A stretch of DNA of 64,000 nt from Holophagales bacterium (GTDB lineage Bacteria; Acidobacteriota; Thermoanaerobaculia; UBA5066): positions 173,898 through 237,897 of the forward strand of contig JADJZB010000028.1 in NCBI GenBank assembly GCA_016719485.1, read 5' to 3'. The notes beneath the pieces were generated by a model. The model saw only the letters and a program-made list of their open reading frames with translations. It was not told the DNA's origin and did not search any database. Below, in pieces: positions 47,554-56,780 of this stretch; the stretch's first letter is position 1, and every line of letters begins with the position of its first letter. A program made the translations under genes and the position numbers.

Positions 47554-48180
47554 GTGACGAGCGGCGCTCCCGGTCCCCGCGGTCTCCTCCTGGCCCTCGC
47601 CGTCGCGCAGCCCGCGACGGGCGGGCCGCGGACCGCCGCGTTCGTCTCCGGCTTCCTCGCTCGCCTTCTCCTCGACCCGCCGTCCGAGACCCTTCACGCC
47701 CTTCTCGGACTGCGGGCCGATCCTCCGCTCGTGCACGACGGCCTCGACGCCCGCGTCGAGGCCGTCGCCCGCCTCTACCGCGAGGCCGATCCGGTCGAGC
47801 TGGCGAAGGAATGGACGCGTCTCTTCGTCGGACCGCGGGCCGCTCCCTGCCGCCCCTGGCACGACACCTGGGAGCACGACGGGCCGCCGCGCCTCAGGGG
47901 TCCGAAACACGCCTCGATGACCGCCTTCTACCTCCGCGCCGGCCTCGAGCCGACGCGCGCCGGGTCCGACCCGGCAGACCACGCCGGGCTCGTCCTCGCC
48001 CTCTTCTCGGCCCTGGCGGCCCGCGTCGCCGAGGGAGACGACGTGCGCCCGCTCCTCGAGGAGCTCTGGCAGGCGCACGTGGGGTCCTGGCTGCCCCGCT
48101 TCGCCACGACGCTCGTGGCCGAGGCGCGGGTCCCCGCGCTGAAGGCCGCCGGGGAGCTGCTCCTCGAGGCCGTCTCCTGA
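47554..48180 (+). CDS. TorD/DmsD-family redox-enzyme maturation chaperone
   Basis: GTG 2 nt after the catalytic-subunit stop: ...ELAKEWTRLFVGP...PADHAGLVLALFSALA...WLPRFATTL...; tail of track ORF 45466..48180. Confidence 0.7.
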   Translation: MTSGAPGPRGLLLALAVAQPATGGPRTAAFVSGFLARLLLDPPSETLHALLGLRADPPLVHDGLDARVEAVARLYREADPVELAKEWTRLFVGPRAAPCRPWHDTWEHDGPPRLRGPKHASMTAFYLRAGLEPTRAGSDPADHAGLVLALFSALAARVAEGDDVRPLLEELWQAHVGSWLPRFATTLVAEARVPALKAAGELLLEAVS

Positions 48181-48186
48181 CCGCCG

Positions 48187-48207
48187 CCCCGGTCCCTCCT
48201 ACCGGGG
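48187..48207 (+). terminator. Hairpin CCCCGGT-N7-ACCGGGG directly after the operon (terminator-like, no U-tract)
   Basis: Perfect 7-bp GC-rich stem starting 7 nt after the chaperone stop. Confidence 0.3.
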
Positions 48208-48813
48208 CTGCGCGCGCGCGGCCTCGATCGCCTTCTTCAGCTCGGGGTTGATCCCCACGCCCCGGCCTTCAGCCTCTACGCCCGGCCTGTCGTACCGCCG
48301 CGCCAGTAGGGAGGGCCGAGGTTGTGCCCGCCGTAGCCGGGCTGGCCTTCAGCGCCGCTCGTACTGTCACGGCTTGGCGGGCCGCTGAGCCAGAGGACGT
48401 TCCTGAAAGAAGGAGTACCGGCTGGTCCGGGGGGCGTTAGGATGGGTCGATCTCGCCTCCGCCTCCGGGACTCTGCTGGCCGCGCCGGCCGCCCCGGTCG
48501 GAAAGGCGCGCCCGCGCGCCCGGCCGCCCCCTGCCGCGTCGCGTGCGTCGTCCCGGCGGCCTCCCGGGGCGCCGAGCACCCCGGGTCCGCTCGAAGTCCT
48601 TCCTGTCGAAATGCCTGGCCTGCGGGACGGGTCCGGACCGGCGGAGAGCTGGCGTCGAGGGTCTGGTGCTGTGGCGCGCGGCGGCAGGCCAGGCGACCGC
48701 AGCGACCGGCGGCCTTTCCGCATCCCCTCCGGGGCGGGAGACCAGCCCCCAGCCCCGTTTCGGGACGGATCAGCGAGTGCCACCCACCCGCCGGGCCGGG
48801 CGGGGCCCTGGAG

Positions 48814-49656
48814 TCAGCTCTGGGCGCGCGCGCCCAGAACCGTCCGCCCCGCCACGGCGAGGAGGACGATCGCTCCTCCGGCGAGCGCCCATCCCGACGG
48901 CCGCTCACCGATGCCGAGATACGCCCAGAGCGGGTTGAACGCCGGCTCGAGCATCCCGAGGAGCGACGCCTCCGCGGCCGGGACGACCGAGAGGCCCCTC
49001 ACGAACAGGATGTAGGCGATTCCCATCTGGACGATGCCGAGGAAGGCGATGACGGCAATGCCCTTCAGGTCGAGGGCGAGGTGCCCCCAGGCGAAGGGCA
49101 ACGCGATGGCTCCGGCGAGAAGGTTACCGAGGAAGACCGACGCCATCGCATCGCGCGACTGGTCCCGCCGGAGGAGAAGGACCGTCAGTCCGAAGAAGAG
49201 GCCCGAGACGACCCCCATCAGGTTCCCGGCGAGGTGCCCGCCATCCAGCTTCCCGACGAAGAAGAGCGACATTCCTCCAAGGGCGACGGCGATTGCGACG
49301 GCGTCGGCCTTGCGGAACCTCTCCCTCAGGAGCCACGGCCCCAGGGCCAGCACGTAGAACGGCCCCGTGTACTGGAGGAAGATCGCGTTCGCCGCCGTCG
49401 TCCACTTCGTCGCCGTGACGAACGTCAGGATCATGAGCGCGTAGACGACCGCCGTCGCGACGGACGCCCTCTTCCACCTCTCGAGGCTCGGCCGGAAGAC
49501 GGCGACGAGGAAGGCGACGGTCAGGGCCGCCCGCCAGAAGACGACGCCGAGAGCATCGAGCGGGACGAGCTTGATGGCGAGCCCGCCTGTCGACCAGAGA
49601 AGCGCCGCTCCCGCGACGTAGAAACGGCCCGCGCGAGGAGATAGCGCCTCGGGCAT
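48814..49656 (-). CDS. EamA/DMT-family transporter
   Basis: Track ORF 280 aa with ten TM-like segments and two EamA-type halves. Confidence 0.85.
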   Translation of the reverse strand: MPEALSPRAGRFYVAGAALLWSTGGLAIKLVPLDALGVVFWRAALTVAFLVAVFRPSLERWKRASVATAVVYALMILTFVTATKWTTAANAIFLQYTGPFYVLALGPWLLRERFRKADAVAIAVALGGMSLFFVGKLDGGHLAGNLMGVVSGLFFGLTVLLLRRDQSRDAMASVFLGNLLAGAIALPFAWGHLALDLKGIAVIAFLGIVQMGIAYILFVRGLSVVPAAEASLLGMLEPAFNPLWAYLGIGERPSGWALAGGAIVLLAVAGRTVLGARAQS

Positions 49657-51978
49657 TCAGCGCTTCAGGACGAGGACCGGAACCGTGAGGGCGAGCGCCC
49701 GCTCCGGCAGGCAGGTCCCTTCGCCGCAGGCACGGTACCTGAGAGAGATGGCGATCGGGTGCTCCCCCTCGGTCGCTCCGGGGCGGACGTCGAAGACGAG
49801 CGTCACGTCGACGTGTCCTTCGTAGCCGAGCTCGGTCGTCCCGTCCTCGTGCCGCACGGTTCGGCGCGGCGGCAGCTCGACGGCGGAGCAGCGCAGGTCG
49901 GGCCCGCCCCACGCGTCGACCGCGAGCGGCTTCTCCCCCGTCAGGGACCAGCCCGCACTCAGCTCGACGGCGATCCTCACCTCGAGCATCTCCCCCGGCG
50001 CGACCCGGTCGGCGGAGATGGAGGCCGAGACGCGGACCGGTCCACCCGCCGGCTCCGGTCCCGTTCCCTTCGCCTCCTCCTCGTCGTCCTCCCCAACCAC
50101 TCGTTCTGCGCCGTCCTCTGCCGCGGGCGCCTCCCGCAGGAGACCGCCCGTCCGGAGCTCCTCCCACGCGAGGTGCCACGACTCCGTGCCGTGCGGCGCG
50201 CGCTCCATCAACCCCGACACCTCCTCGACCGCCGCCAGCGCCTCGGCCGCGAGGACCCCGTCGCCCTCTCGCCGCGCCAGGCGCGCGAGGGCTCGGGCGG
50301 CTGCGCCAGGTCCCGAGGGAATCGCCTTGTCGAACAGGTCTCGCGTCCTCACGAGGAGGGGTTCGTTTCCCTCCCCCGTGAACGTGAAGCCGGGCACACC
50401 GGGCCGCGTGAAGCGGCGCCGCAGGCCGGTGACGACGCGGCGGGCCTCGGTCGCCCACCGCTTCGCCTCGAGAGCGTCGGGCTCGGCGTCGGCGAGGTCG
50501 AGAAGGGCGAGCGCCAGGTACGCCTCGTCCTCGAGGAATGCGAGGATCTTCGCCTCCCCCCCTGCCCAGGTCCGGAGGAGGCGTCCCTCGCCGTCGCGCA
50601 TCCGCGTCAGCAGGAACCGTGCGCACTCCCGGGCCGCCTCGAGGTAGCGCGGCTCGCCGAGTATCGAGGACGCGACCGCGAGGCCCGAGATCGTCAGCGC
50701 GTTCCAGCCCGCGATCCGCTTGTCGTCCGTCGCCGGCGGCACCCGCCGGCGCCTCCGTTCGAGGAGCCGGGCCCTCACGGGGGCGAGGCGCGCCTCTTCT
50801 TCCGCCGACGGCTCGTCTCCGAGGTGGAGGACGTTCAGGCCCGTCGCCTGCCGCGTCGACTCGTCGTGGAAGTTACCCTCGGCCCGGACGCGGTAGGCGC
50901 TCGCGAAGAGCGCGGCTTCGCTGCCGGCCACCTCGCGCACCTCGGCCTCGGGCCAGACGAAGTACTTCCCCTCCTCTCCTTCCGAGTCGGCGTCGGTGGC
51001 GGCGAAGAAGCCCCCTTCCTCCCCGCGCATCTGGGAGAGGAGCCAGTCGCCGATGCCGCGGGCCGTCCTCCAGTAGAGGTCGCGGCCCGTCAGGACGAAC
51101 GCCCGCGCGTAGAGCGAGAGGAGCTGTGCGTTGTCGGTCAGCATCTTCTCGAAATGCGGCAGGAGCCACCGCTCGTCGGTCGAGTAGCGGTGGAAGCCGC
51201 CGGCGAGGTGGTCGTGGATACCGCCGAGGGCCATCGCGTCGAGTGTCTTCAGCGCCATCGACCGGGCGATCGAATCCCCTTCGGCTCCCTTCAGCAGGAG
51301 CCACTCGAGCGCGAGGTGCGGAGGGAACTTCGGCGCGCCGCCGAACCCGCCGTGGCGTGCGTCGAACGTCCGCTTCAGCGTCGCCGTCAGGACGTTTCCC
51401 GTCGCGGCCGAGAGCGCCTCGCGGCCCGTCCGCTCGGTGATCCGGTTCGCGTTCTCCACCTCGGCGACGATCTCGTCGGCCCCCTTCGCCAGCTCGTCGC
51501 GCCGCTCGCGCCACGCTTCCGCCAGCTTCTCGAGGATGGTCCGGAACCCCGCGCGCCCCTGCCGGTCATCCGGGGGGAAGTAGGTACCGCCGAAGAACGG
51601 CCGCCCGTCGGGGAAGAGGAACGCCGAGAGCGGCCAGCCGCCCCGGCCGACCATCGTCTGCACCGCGCTCATGTAGACGTCGTCGACGTCGGGCCGCTCC
51701 TCGCGATCGACCTTCACCGACACGTAGTGCGCGTTCAGGACGGCCGCCACCGCGTCGTTCTCGAACGACTCCCTTTCCATCACGTGGCACCAGTGGCACG
51801 CCGAGTAGCCGATGGAGAGGAACAGCGGCTTGTCCTCCCGCCGCGCCCGCTCGAACGCCTCCGCCCCCCACGGGTACCAGTCGACCGGGTTGTGCGCGTG
51901 CTGGCGCAGGTACGGGGACGATTCCTTCGCGAGCCGGTTCGGCGGGCGTGTCGTGTCGGACATGGCGGGATTCTCCAA
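49657..51978 (-). CDS. Thioredoxin-domain protein (DUF255/YyaL type) with (alpha/alpha)6-like middle region and DsbD-N-like C-terminal domain
   Basis: Track ORF 773 aa: ...[18 protein letters not shown]...[20 protein letters not shown]...GGWPLSAFL... The true start may be the ATG at 51963. Confidence 0.85.
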   Translation of the reverse strand: MENPAMSDTTRPPNRLAKESSPYLRQHAHNPVDWYPWGAEAFERARREDKPLFLSIGYSACHWCHVMERESFENDAVAAVLNAHYVSVKVDREERPDVDDVYMSAVQTMVGRGGWPLSAFLFPDGRPFFGGTYFPPDDRQGRAGFRTILEKLAEAWRERRDELAKGADEIVAEVENANRITERTGREALSAATGNVLTATLKRTFDARHGGFGGAPKFPPHLALEWLLLKGAEGDSIARSMALKTLDAMALGGIHDHLAGGFHRYSTDERWLLPHFEKMLTDNAQLLSLYARAFVLTGRDLYWRTARGIGDWLLSQMRGEEGGFFAATDADSEGEEGKYFVWPEAEVREVAGSEAALFASAYRVRAEGNFHDESTRQATGLNVLHLGDEPSAEEEARLAPVRARLLERRRRRVPPATDDKRIAGWNALTISGLAVASSILGEPRYLEAARECARFLLTRMRDGEGRLLRTWAGGEAKILAFLEDEAYLALALLDLADAEPDALEAKRWATEARRVVTGLRRRFTRPGVPGFTFTGEGNEPLLVRTRDLFDKAIPSGPGAAARALARLARREGDGVLAAEALAAVEEVSGLMERAPHGTESWHLAWEELRTGGLLREAPAAEDGAERVVGEDDEEEAKGTGPEPAGGPVRVSASISADRVAPGEMLEVRIAVELSAGWSLTGEKPLAVDAWGGPDLRCSAVELPPRRTVRHEDGTTELGYEGHVDVTLVFDVRPGATEGEHPIAISLRYRACGEGTCLPERALALTVPVLVLKR

Positions 51979-52014
51979 CAGAACGGTCAGCCCCCCCGCC
52001 TCCCGCCGCGCGCC

Positions 52015-53301
52015 TCAGCCGACGCGCGTCAGCCGGACCCGCGACACGTGCCGCGCCGTGCTCTCGACGACCTCGACCTTCAGGCCCGACTCCTCGTCGA
52101 CGAGCGATTCCCCCGGTCTCGGGATCCGCCCGAGGCGATGAAGGACGAGCCCCGCGATCGTGGCGTAGGCCGGGTCCTCCGGCAGCTCGAGGTCGAGCGC
52201 GCGGTTCACGTCCCTCACTCCCGCCCCTCCCTCGACCACCCAGACCGCCTCACCTTCGGAGCGGTACGGCACGGTTGCCGTCTCCTTCTCGTGCAGGATC
52301 TCCCCGACGACCTCTTCGACGAGGTCCTCGAACGTGACGAGCCCCGTGAAGGCGCCCAGCTCGTCGACGACGAATCCCATCGAAACGTGGAGCTTCTGAA
52401 GGTCCCGAAGGACGGCGACCGCCTCCGCCGACTCCGGGAAGAACGGCGCCTCGTGCACGAGACCCTCGAGCGGCCCGGGGGAGCCCTCCAGGAGCCGGAG
52501 GAGGACGTCCCGGCCGAGGACGTATCCCTTTGCGGTGTCGAGGCTCCCCTCGTGAACGGGGAACCTCTCGAAGGGGCTGCGGGAGAAGAGGTCCTGGATC
52601 TCTCGCGGGCCGGCCGTCATCGGGATCGCGACCACGGCCGTTCGCGGGGTCATCACGGTGCCGACTTTCAGGCCCGGCAGGTCGAGCGCCCGGGAGGCGA
52701 TCTCGCTCGCCCGCGGGTCGAGCGCACCCGTCAGGGCGGTCTCTTCGACGAGCGTCTGCAGCTCCTCGCGCGAGAGCCGGGCTTCGGTGAAGGACGTCCT
52801 GTCGCCGAAGAGGCGGAGGATCAGGTTCGAGCACGCCGTCAGGAAGCGGATGACGGGGCGCCCGAGCCTCGCGAGGAGAGAGAGCGGCCGCGCGATCGCG
52901 AGGGCGTAGCCTTCCGCGAAGCGCATGGCGAGGGACTTCGGGACGAGCTCTCCGGCGACGAGGGACAGGAACGACACGACCACGACCACGAGGCCGAGCG
53001 CGACGTCGTCGGCGACCTTGACGGGGACCCCGAGCGCGCTGAACCCCGCCGCGAGGGGCGCGGCGAGCGTCGCGCCCCCGAACGCCGCCGCCGCCGCACC
53101 GACGACCGTGATTCCGATCTGAACCGTCGCCAGGAAGCTCTCCGGGTCGGCGCGCAGCGCGGAGAGGGCGGCAGCCCCCGCCCGTTCCTCCTCGACCAGC
53201 TCCGCGATCCGGGTCCTTCTCACGGTCAGGACGGCGATCTCCGCGCCGGCGAAGAGCCCGTTCGCCGCGACGAGCGCCAGGACGACGAGGATCTCGAACA
53301 T
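52015..53301 (-). CDS. CNNM/HlyC/CorC-family transporter (DUF21-CBS-CorC_HlyC)
   Basis: Track ORF 428 aa: MFEILVVLALVAANGLFAGAEIAV..., a CBS pair, then ...EVVGEI. Confidence 0.85.
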   Translation of the reverse strand: MFEILVVLALVAANGLFAGAEIAVLTVRRTRIAELVEEERAGAAALSALRADPESFLATVQIGITVVGAAAAAFGGATLAAPLAAGFSALGVPVKVADDVALGLVVVVVSFLSLVAGELVPKSLAMRFAEGYALAIARPLSLLARLGRPVIRFLTACSNLILRLFGDRTSFTEARLSREELQTLVEETALTGALDPRASEIASRALDLPGLKVGTVMTPRTAVVAIPMTAGPREIQDLFSRSPFERFPVHEGSLDTAKGYVLGRDVLLRLLEGSPGPLEGLVHEAPFFPESAEAVAVLRDLQKLHVSMGFVVDELGAFTGLVTFEDLVEEVVGEILHEKETATVPYRSEGEAVWVVEGGAGVRDVNRALDLELPEDPAYATIAGLVLHRLGRIPRPGESLVDEESGLKVEVVESTARHVSRVRLTRVG

Positions 53302-53408
53302 GCGGCGATTCTACGGACGACGCGCTCCGCGGGTACGTCGGGGCGCGAAACCGCGCGGTGGCCCAGGTCCTCGTCCGGGGCTCTCTTCCGGTTATCGTCC
53401 CGGCACCG

Positions 53409-54545
53409 ATGTCCGCGACGTCCCTCTCGGAGCTGGCGCTCCTCTTCCTTCGCCTCGGGACCACCGCCTTCGGCGGACCGGCGGCGCACGTCGCGATGTT
53501 GCGCGACGAGGTCGTGAGGCGCCGGGCGTGGATGACGGACGCCGCGTTCCTCGACCTCCTCGGTGCCACGAACCTGATCCCGGGCCCGAACTCGACGGAG
53601 ATGGCGATCCACGTCGGCTGGGCGCGCCGCCGGTGGGCCGGCCTCGCCGTCGCCGGCCTCGCCTTCATCCTCCCCGCGACGCTGATCACGGGCGTCCTCG
53701 CGTGGGCGTACGTCCGCACCAGTGACCTGCCCCAGGCGCGCTGGCTCCTCTACGGCGTCAAGCCCGTCATCCTCGCGATCGTCTTCCAGGCCATCTGGGG
53801 CCTCGCGCCGCTCGCCGCACGGTCGTGGCCGCTCCGCGTCCTCGGCGTCGCTGCCGTCGCGGCGTCGGCCCTCGGCGTCCACGAGCTGGCGGTGCTGCTG
53901 GGGAGCGGTCTGCTCGTCGTGGCCGCGCGCGCAGCGTCCGACCGCCGCCCGCCCGCGCCCGTCGCGGGCTTCGCTCCCCTACTTCCTCTCGCCGCCGGCG
54001 TGGCCGGACTCGCGTCGGCGGGCGGGGCCACCCTCAACGGGATCTTCTGGCTCTTCTGCCGGACGGGCGCCGTTCTCTTCGGGAGCGGCTACGTCCTCCT
54101 CGCGTTCCTCCGTGCCGACCTCGTCGAGAGGCTCGGCTGGCTCACCGAAGCGCAGCTCCTCGACGCGATCGCCGCCGGGCAGGTGACGCCCGGCCCCGTC
54201 TTCTCGACGGCGACCTTCGTCGGCTGGCTCCTCGCAGGCCCTTCCGGCGCTCTCGTCGCCACCGCCGGGATCTTCCTCCCCGCCTTCGTCTTCGTGGCCC
54301 TCTCGGCGCCGCTCGTACCGCGCCTGCGCACCTCACCCACGGCCGCGGCGTTCCTCGACGGCGTCAACGTCGCTTCGCTCGCCCTCATGGCCGTCGTCAC
54401 GGTGCTTCTCGGGCGGGCGGCGGTCGTCGACGTCCCTTCGGCGCTGCTGGCCGCAGGCGCCGCCATCCTTCTCCTGCGTTTCCGGCCGAACTCGACCTGG
54501 CTCGTCCTCGGGGGAGCCGTCGCAGGGGCGATAATCGCGCCATGA
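53409..54545 (+). CDS. chrA: Chromate ion transporter (CHR family, two-domain)
   Basis: MSATSLSELALLFLRLGTTAFGGPAAHVAMLRDEVV...LIPGPNSTEM... and a second half ...GQVTPGPVFSTATF...; internal start of track ORF 53358..54545. Confidence 0.85.
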   Translation: MSATSLSELALLFLRLGTTAFGGPAAHVAMLRDEVVRRRAWMTDAAFLDLLGATNLIPGPNSTEMAIHVGWARRRWAGLAVAGLAFILPATLITGVLAWAYVRTSDLPQARWLLYGVKPVILAIVFQAIWGLAPLAARSWPLRVLGVAAVAASALGVHELAVLLGSGLLVVAARAASDRRPPAPVAGFAPLLPLAAGVAGLASAGGATLNGIFWLFCRTGAVLFGSGYVLLAFLRADLVERLGWLTEAQLLDAIAAGQVTPGPVFSTATFVGWLLAGPSGALVATAGIFLPAFVFVALSAPLVPRLRTSPTAAAFLDGVNVASLALMAVVTVLLGRAAVVDVPSALLAAGAAILLLRFRPNSTWLVLGGAVAGAIIAP

Positions 54546-54757
54546 CGTCCACCGGAGACGCATTCCGGCGGAAGACCGCCGAGGACGACGCGTCGCTGAC
54601 CCCCGCCGAGCGGGTCCAGCGCGCGCTGCGGCTCGGCGACGACGAAGCGGAGGCGTTCCGCAGGGCGCGCGGGATCACGCGCGCGGCGGCGGAAGCCGAG
54701 CTCGCGTCCCGGAGGCGGGCCGGCCGGATCCCGAGCCGGGTGGCGGGGACCGGGTGA
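54542..54757 (+). CDS. Small hypothetical protein (71 aa), translationally coupled to both neighbours
   Basis: MTSTGDAFRRKTAEDDASLTPAERVQRALRLGDDEAEAFRRARGI... ATGA overlap with the chrA stop and GTGA overlap with the next ORF. Confidence 0.4.
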   Translation: MTSTGDAFRRKTAEDDASLTPAERVQRALRLGDDEAEAFRRARGITRAAAEAELASRRRAGRIPSRVAGTG

Positions 54758-55284
54758 GCCTGCTCGCGAACGTCGCGAAGCACTTCGACCTCCGCCGGAC
54801 GCCCTTCGCGGCCGTCGGCGGGATCGCCCTCGCGGTCCGCGGCGTCGCCCGCCCGACGTTCGACGTCGACCTCCTCACGACGGACGTCGCCGTCCTGGCC
54901 GATGCCTACTGGGCGCTCGTCACGAGGGACGGGACTCAGATCGAGATCCGGCGCGGCGACGCGGACGACCCGCTCCGGGGACTCGTCCGGCTCCTCTCGC
55001 GCGACGAGCGTTCCGTCGACGTCTTCGTCGGGCGCGGCGCCTGGCTCGACGGCGTCGTGAGCCGGGCCGAGCCGTTCGCGCTCCTCGACGTCCGCATCCC
55101 CGTCGTCCGCGCGGCCGACCTCGTTCTCCTGATGCTCCACGCGGGCGGCACCCAGGACCTCTCGGACGTCAGGCAGCTCCTCGATGCGGACGGCGGCGGC
55201 GCCCTCGCCGACGAGGTCTCCGCCCGCCTCCCCGAGGTCCCCCGCGGCGCCGCGATCCTCTGGCGACGCGTGCGCGAAAGCTGA
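54754..55284 (+). CDS. Nucleotidyltransferase-fold hypothetical protein
   Basis: Track ORF 176 aa: ...FAAVGGIALAVRGVARPTFDVDLL... (G-G...D-x-D, typical of the pol-beta NTase fold). Confidence 0.45.
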   Translation: MSLLANVAKHFDLRRTPFAAVGGIALAVRGVARPTFDVDLLTTDVAVLADAYWALVTRDGTQIEIRRGDADDPLRGLVRLLSRDERSVDVFVGRGAWLDGVVSRAEPFALLDVRIPVVRAADLVLLMLHAGGTQDLSDVRQLLDADGGGALADEVSARLPEVPRGAAILWRRVRES

Positions 55285-55320
55285 ACCCCCTCCGTTCCGT
55301 GCCAGGCGTGAAATCGTGTA

Positions 55321-56448
55321 TTACTCGACGGGTCGGGCGGCGCCGGGGCCGCCCGACCTCGTCTCCTCGCCGCGGTTCTTCAGAAGCGACGCGACGACGC
55401 CGGCCGCGAGGATGAGGAGCACGACGGCGAGCAGGTAGAGGTTGAAGTTCTCGCCGAGCTGCTCCTTGAGCCACTTGTGGGTCATCATCTTGACGCCCAC
55501 CACCATGAGCACGACGGCCAGGGAGACCTTCAGGTAGCGGAACTTGTCGATCATCCCGGCCAGGGCGAAGTAGAGGCTGCGAAGGCCCAGGATGGCGAAG
55601 ACGTTGCTCGTGAAGACGAGGAACGGGTCGGCCGTGATGGCGAAGATCGCCGGGATCGAGTCGACGGCGAAGATCAGGTCGGTGAACTCCACCATGACCA
55701 GGGCCAGGAAGAGCGGTGTCGCGAGGACGGTCCCGCGCTTCGCGGCTTCGACGACCCTGTCGGAAGCGACGGCCGCGCCCGGGGTCTCCGCCTCCCGGGA
55801 GGCGTCGGTCCCCGCCCTCACGAAGAAGTGCTCGCCGTGGAACCGCTCGGTGATCGGGAAGAGCCTCCGGGTCGCGCGGACGACGAGGTTCCTGTTCGGG
55901 TCGGTCTCCCCCTCCTTGAGGAGGAGCATCTTGACCCCGGTCAGGATGAGGAACCCGCCGAAGACGTAGATGATCCACGCGAACTCCTGGATCATCTTCG
56001 CGCCGACGGCGATCATCGCCCCGCGCAGCAGCAGCGCGCCCAGGATGCCCCAGAACAGCACCCGGTGCTGGTAGAGCGCGGGCACGGCGAAGAACGTGAA
56101 GATCATGCTGATGACGAAGATGTTGTCCACGGCGAGGGACTTCTCGACGAGGTATCCCGTCACGTACTTCACGAAAGCCGAGGCCCCGTCGTTGTAGACC
56201 GTCCCGAGCCCTTCCACGGCCACGGGACGCGCGGTCATCAGGTCGGGCGTGAGACCGAGGCCGAGCCAGTGGTTCTCGTAGCCGAAGTAGATGAAGCCGC
56301 TGAACGCGAGGCCGATGGTGATCCAGAAGACCGACCAGCCGAGGGCCTCCTTCACGGACACGACGTGAGCCTTGCGGTTGAAGACGCCCAGGTCGAGCGC
56401 GAGGAGCGCCAGGATCAGCAGAACGAAACCGGAATACATCCAGAGCAC
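55321..56448 (-). CDS. TerC/Alx-family integral membrane protein
   Basis: Track ORF 375 aa: ...YLVEKSLAVDNIFV...EFTDLIFAVDSIPAIFAIT... Confidence 0.9.
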   Translation of the reverse strand: MLWMYSGFVLLILALLALDLGVFNRKAHVVSVKEALGWSVFWITIGLAFSGFIYFGYENHWLGLGLTPDLMTARPVAVEGLGTVYNDGASAFVKYVTGYLVEKSLAVDNIFVISMIFTFFAVPALYQHRVLFWGILGALLLRGAMIAVGAKMIQEFAWIIYVFGGFLILTGVKMLLLKEGETDPNRNLVVRATRRLFPITERFHGEHFFVRAGTDASREAETPGAAVASDRVVEAAKRGTVLATPLFLALVMVEFTDLIFAVDSIPAIFAITADPFLVFTSNVFAILGLRSLYFALAGMIDKFRYLKVSLAVVLMVVGVKMMTHKWLKEQLGENFNLYLLAVVLLILAAGVVASLLKNRGEETRSGGPGAARPVE

Positions 56449-56464
56449 GTCGAGACTCCTTTCG

Positions 56465-56565
56465 AGGATCCGTCAGCCAGGGATGTCGCCCAGCGTCGGG
56501 TACCGGCAAGCGGCCCGCCCGCTGGCCGCTGCAACCGATAATTCTCCCCTGACCGACGGGGCTGT
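56465..56565 (-). promoter_or_regulatory. Structured leader of the TerC gene; candidate yybP-ykoY (Mn2+) riboswitch
   Basis: On the minus strand CCGUCGGUCAGGG (56559-56547) pairs with CCCUGGCUGACGG (56482-56470): 13 bp including two G-U pairs. The helix encloses GGGGAGAAU (compare the conserved GGGGAGUAG), an internal hairpin AGCGGCC...GGCCGCU, and GGCGACAUCC. Confidence 0.4.
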
Positions 56566-56780
56566 GAACGCTCCGGGGGGCCCAGGTATTCCGGCGACGA
56601 CCCGGCTGCGCTATCCTGTCCGCCTGAGACGGCCTCTGTTTACGGTCCTTGCCTGACGGGAAGGCGCGCCCCCTAGCGCGCCGGTGATAGAGACGGGCCA
56701 CGCGCCCGGCGATGTGGGTTTCGCCGCGCGGCCTGCCTCTCCCTTCCCGTTCGCGACCGTTTCCCCACGGAGGCCCCGAA

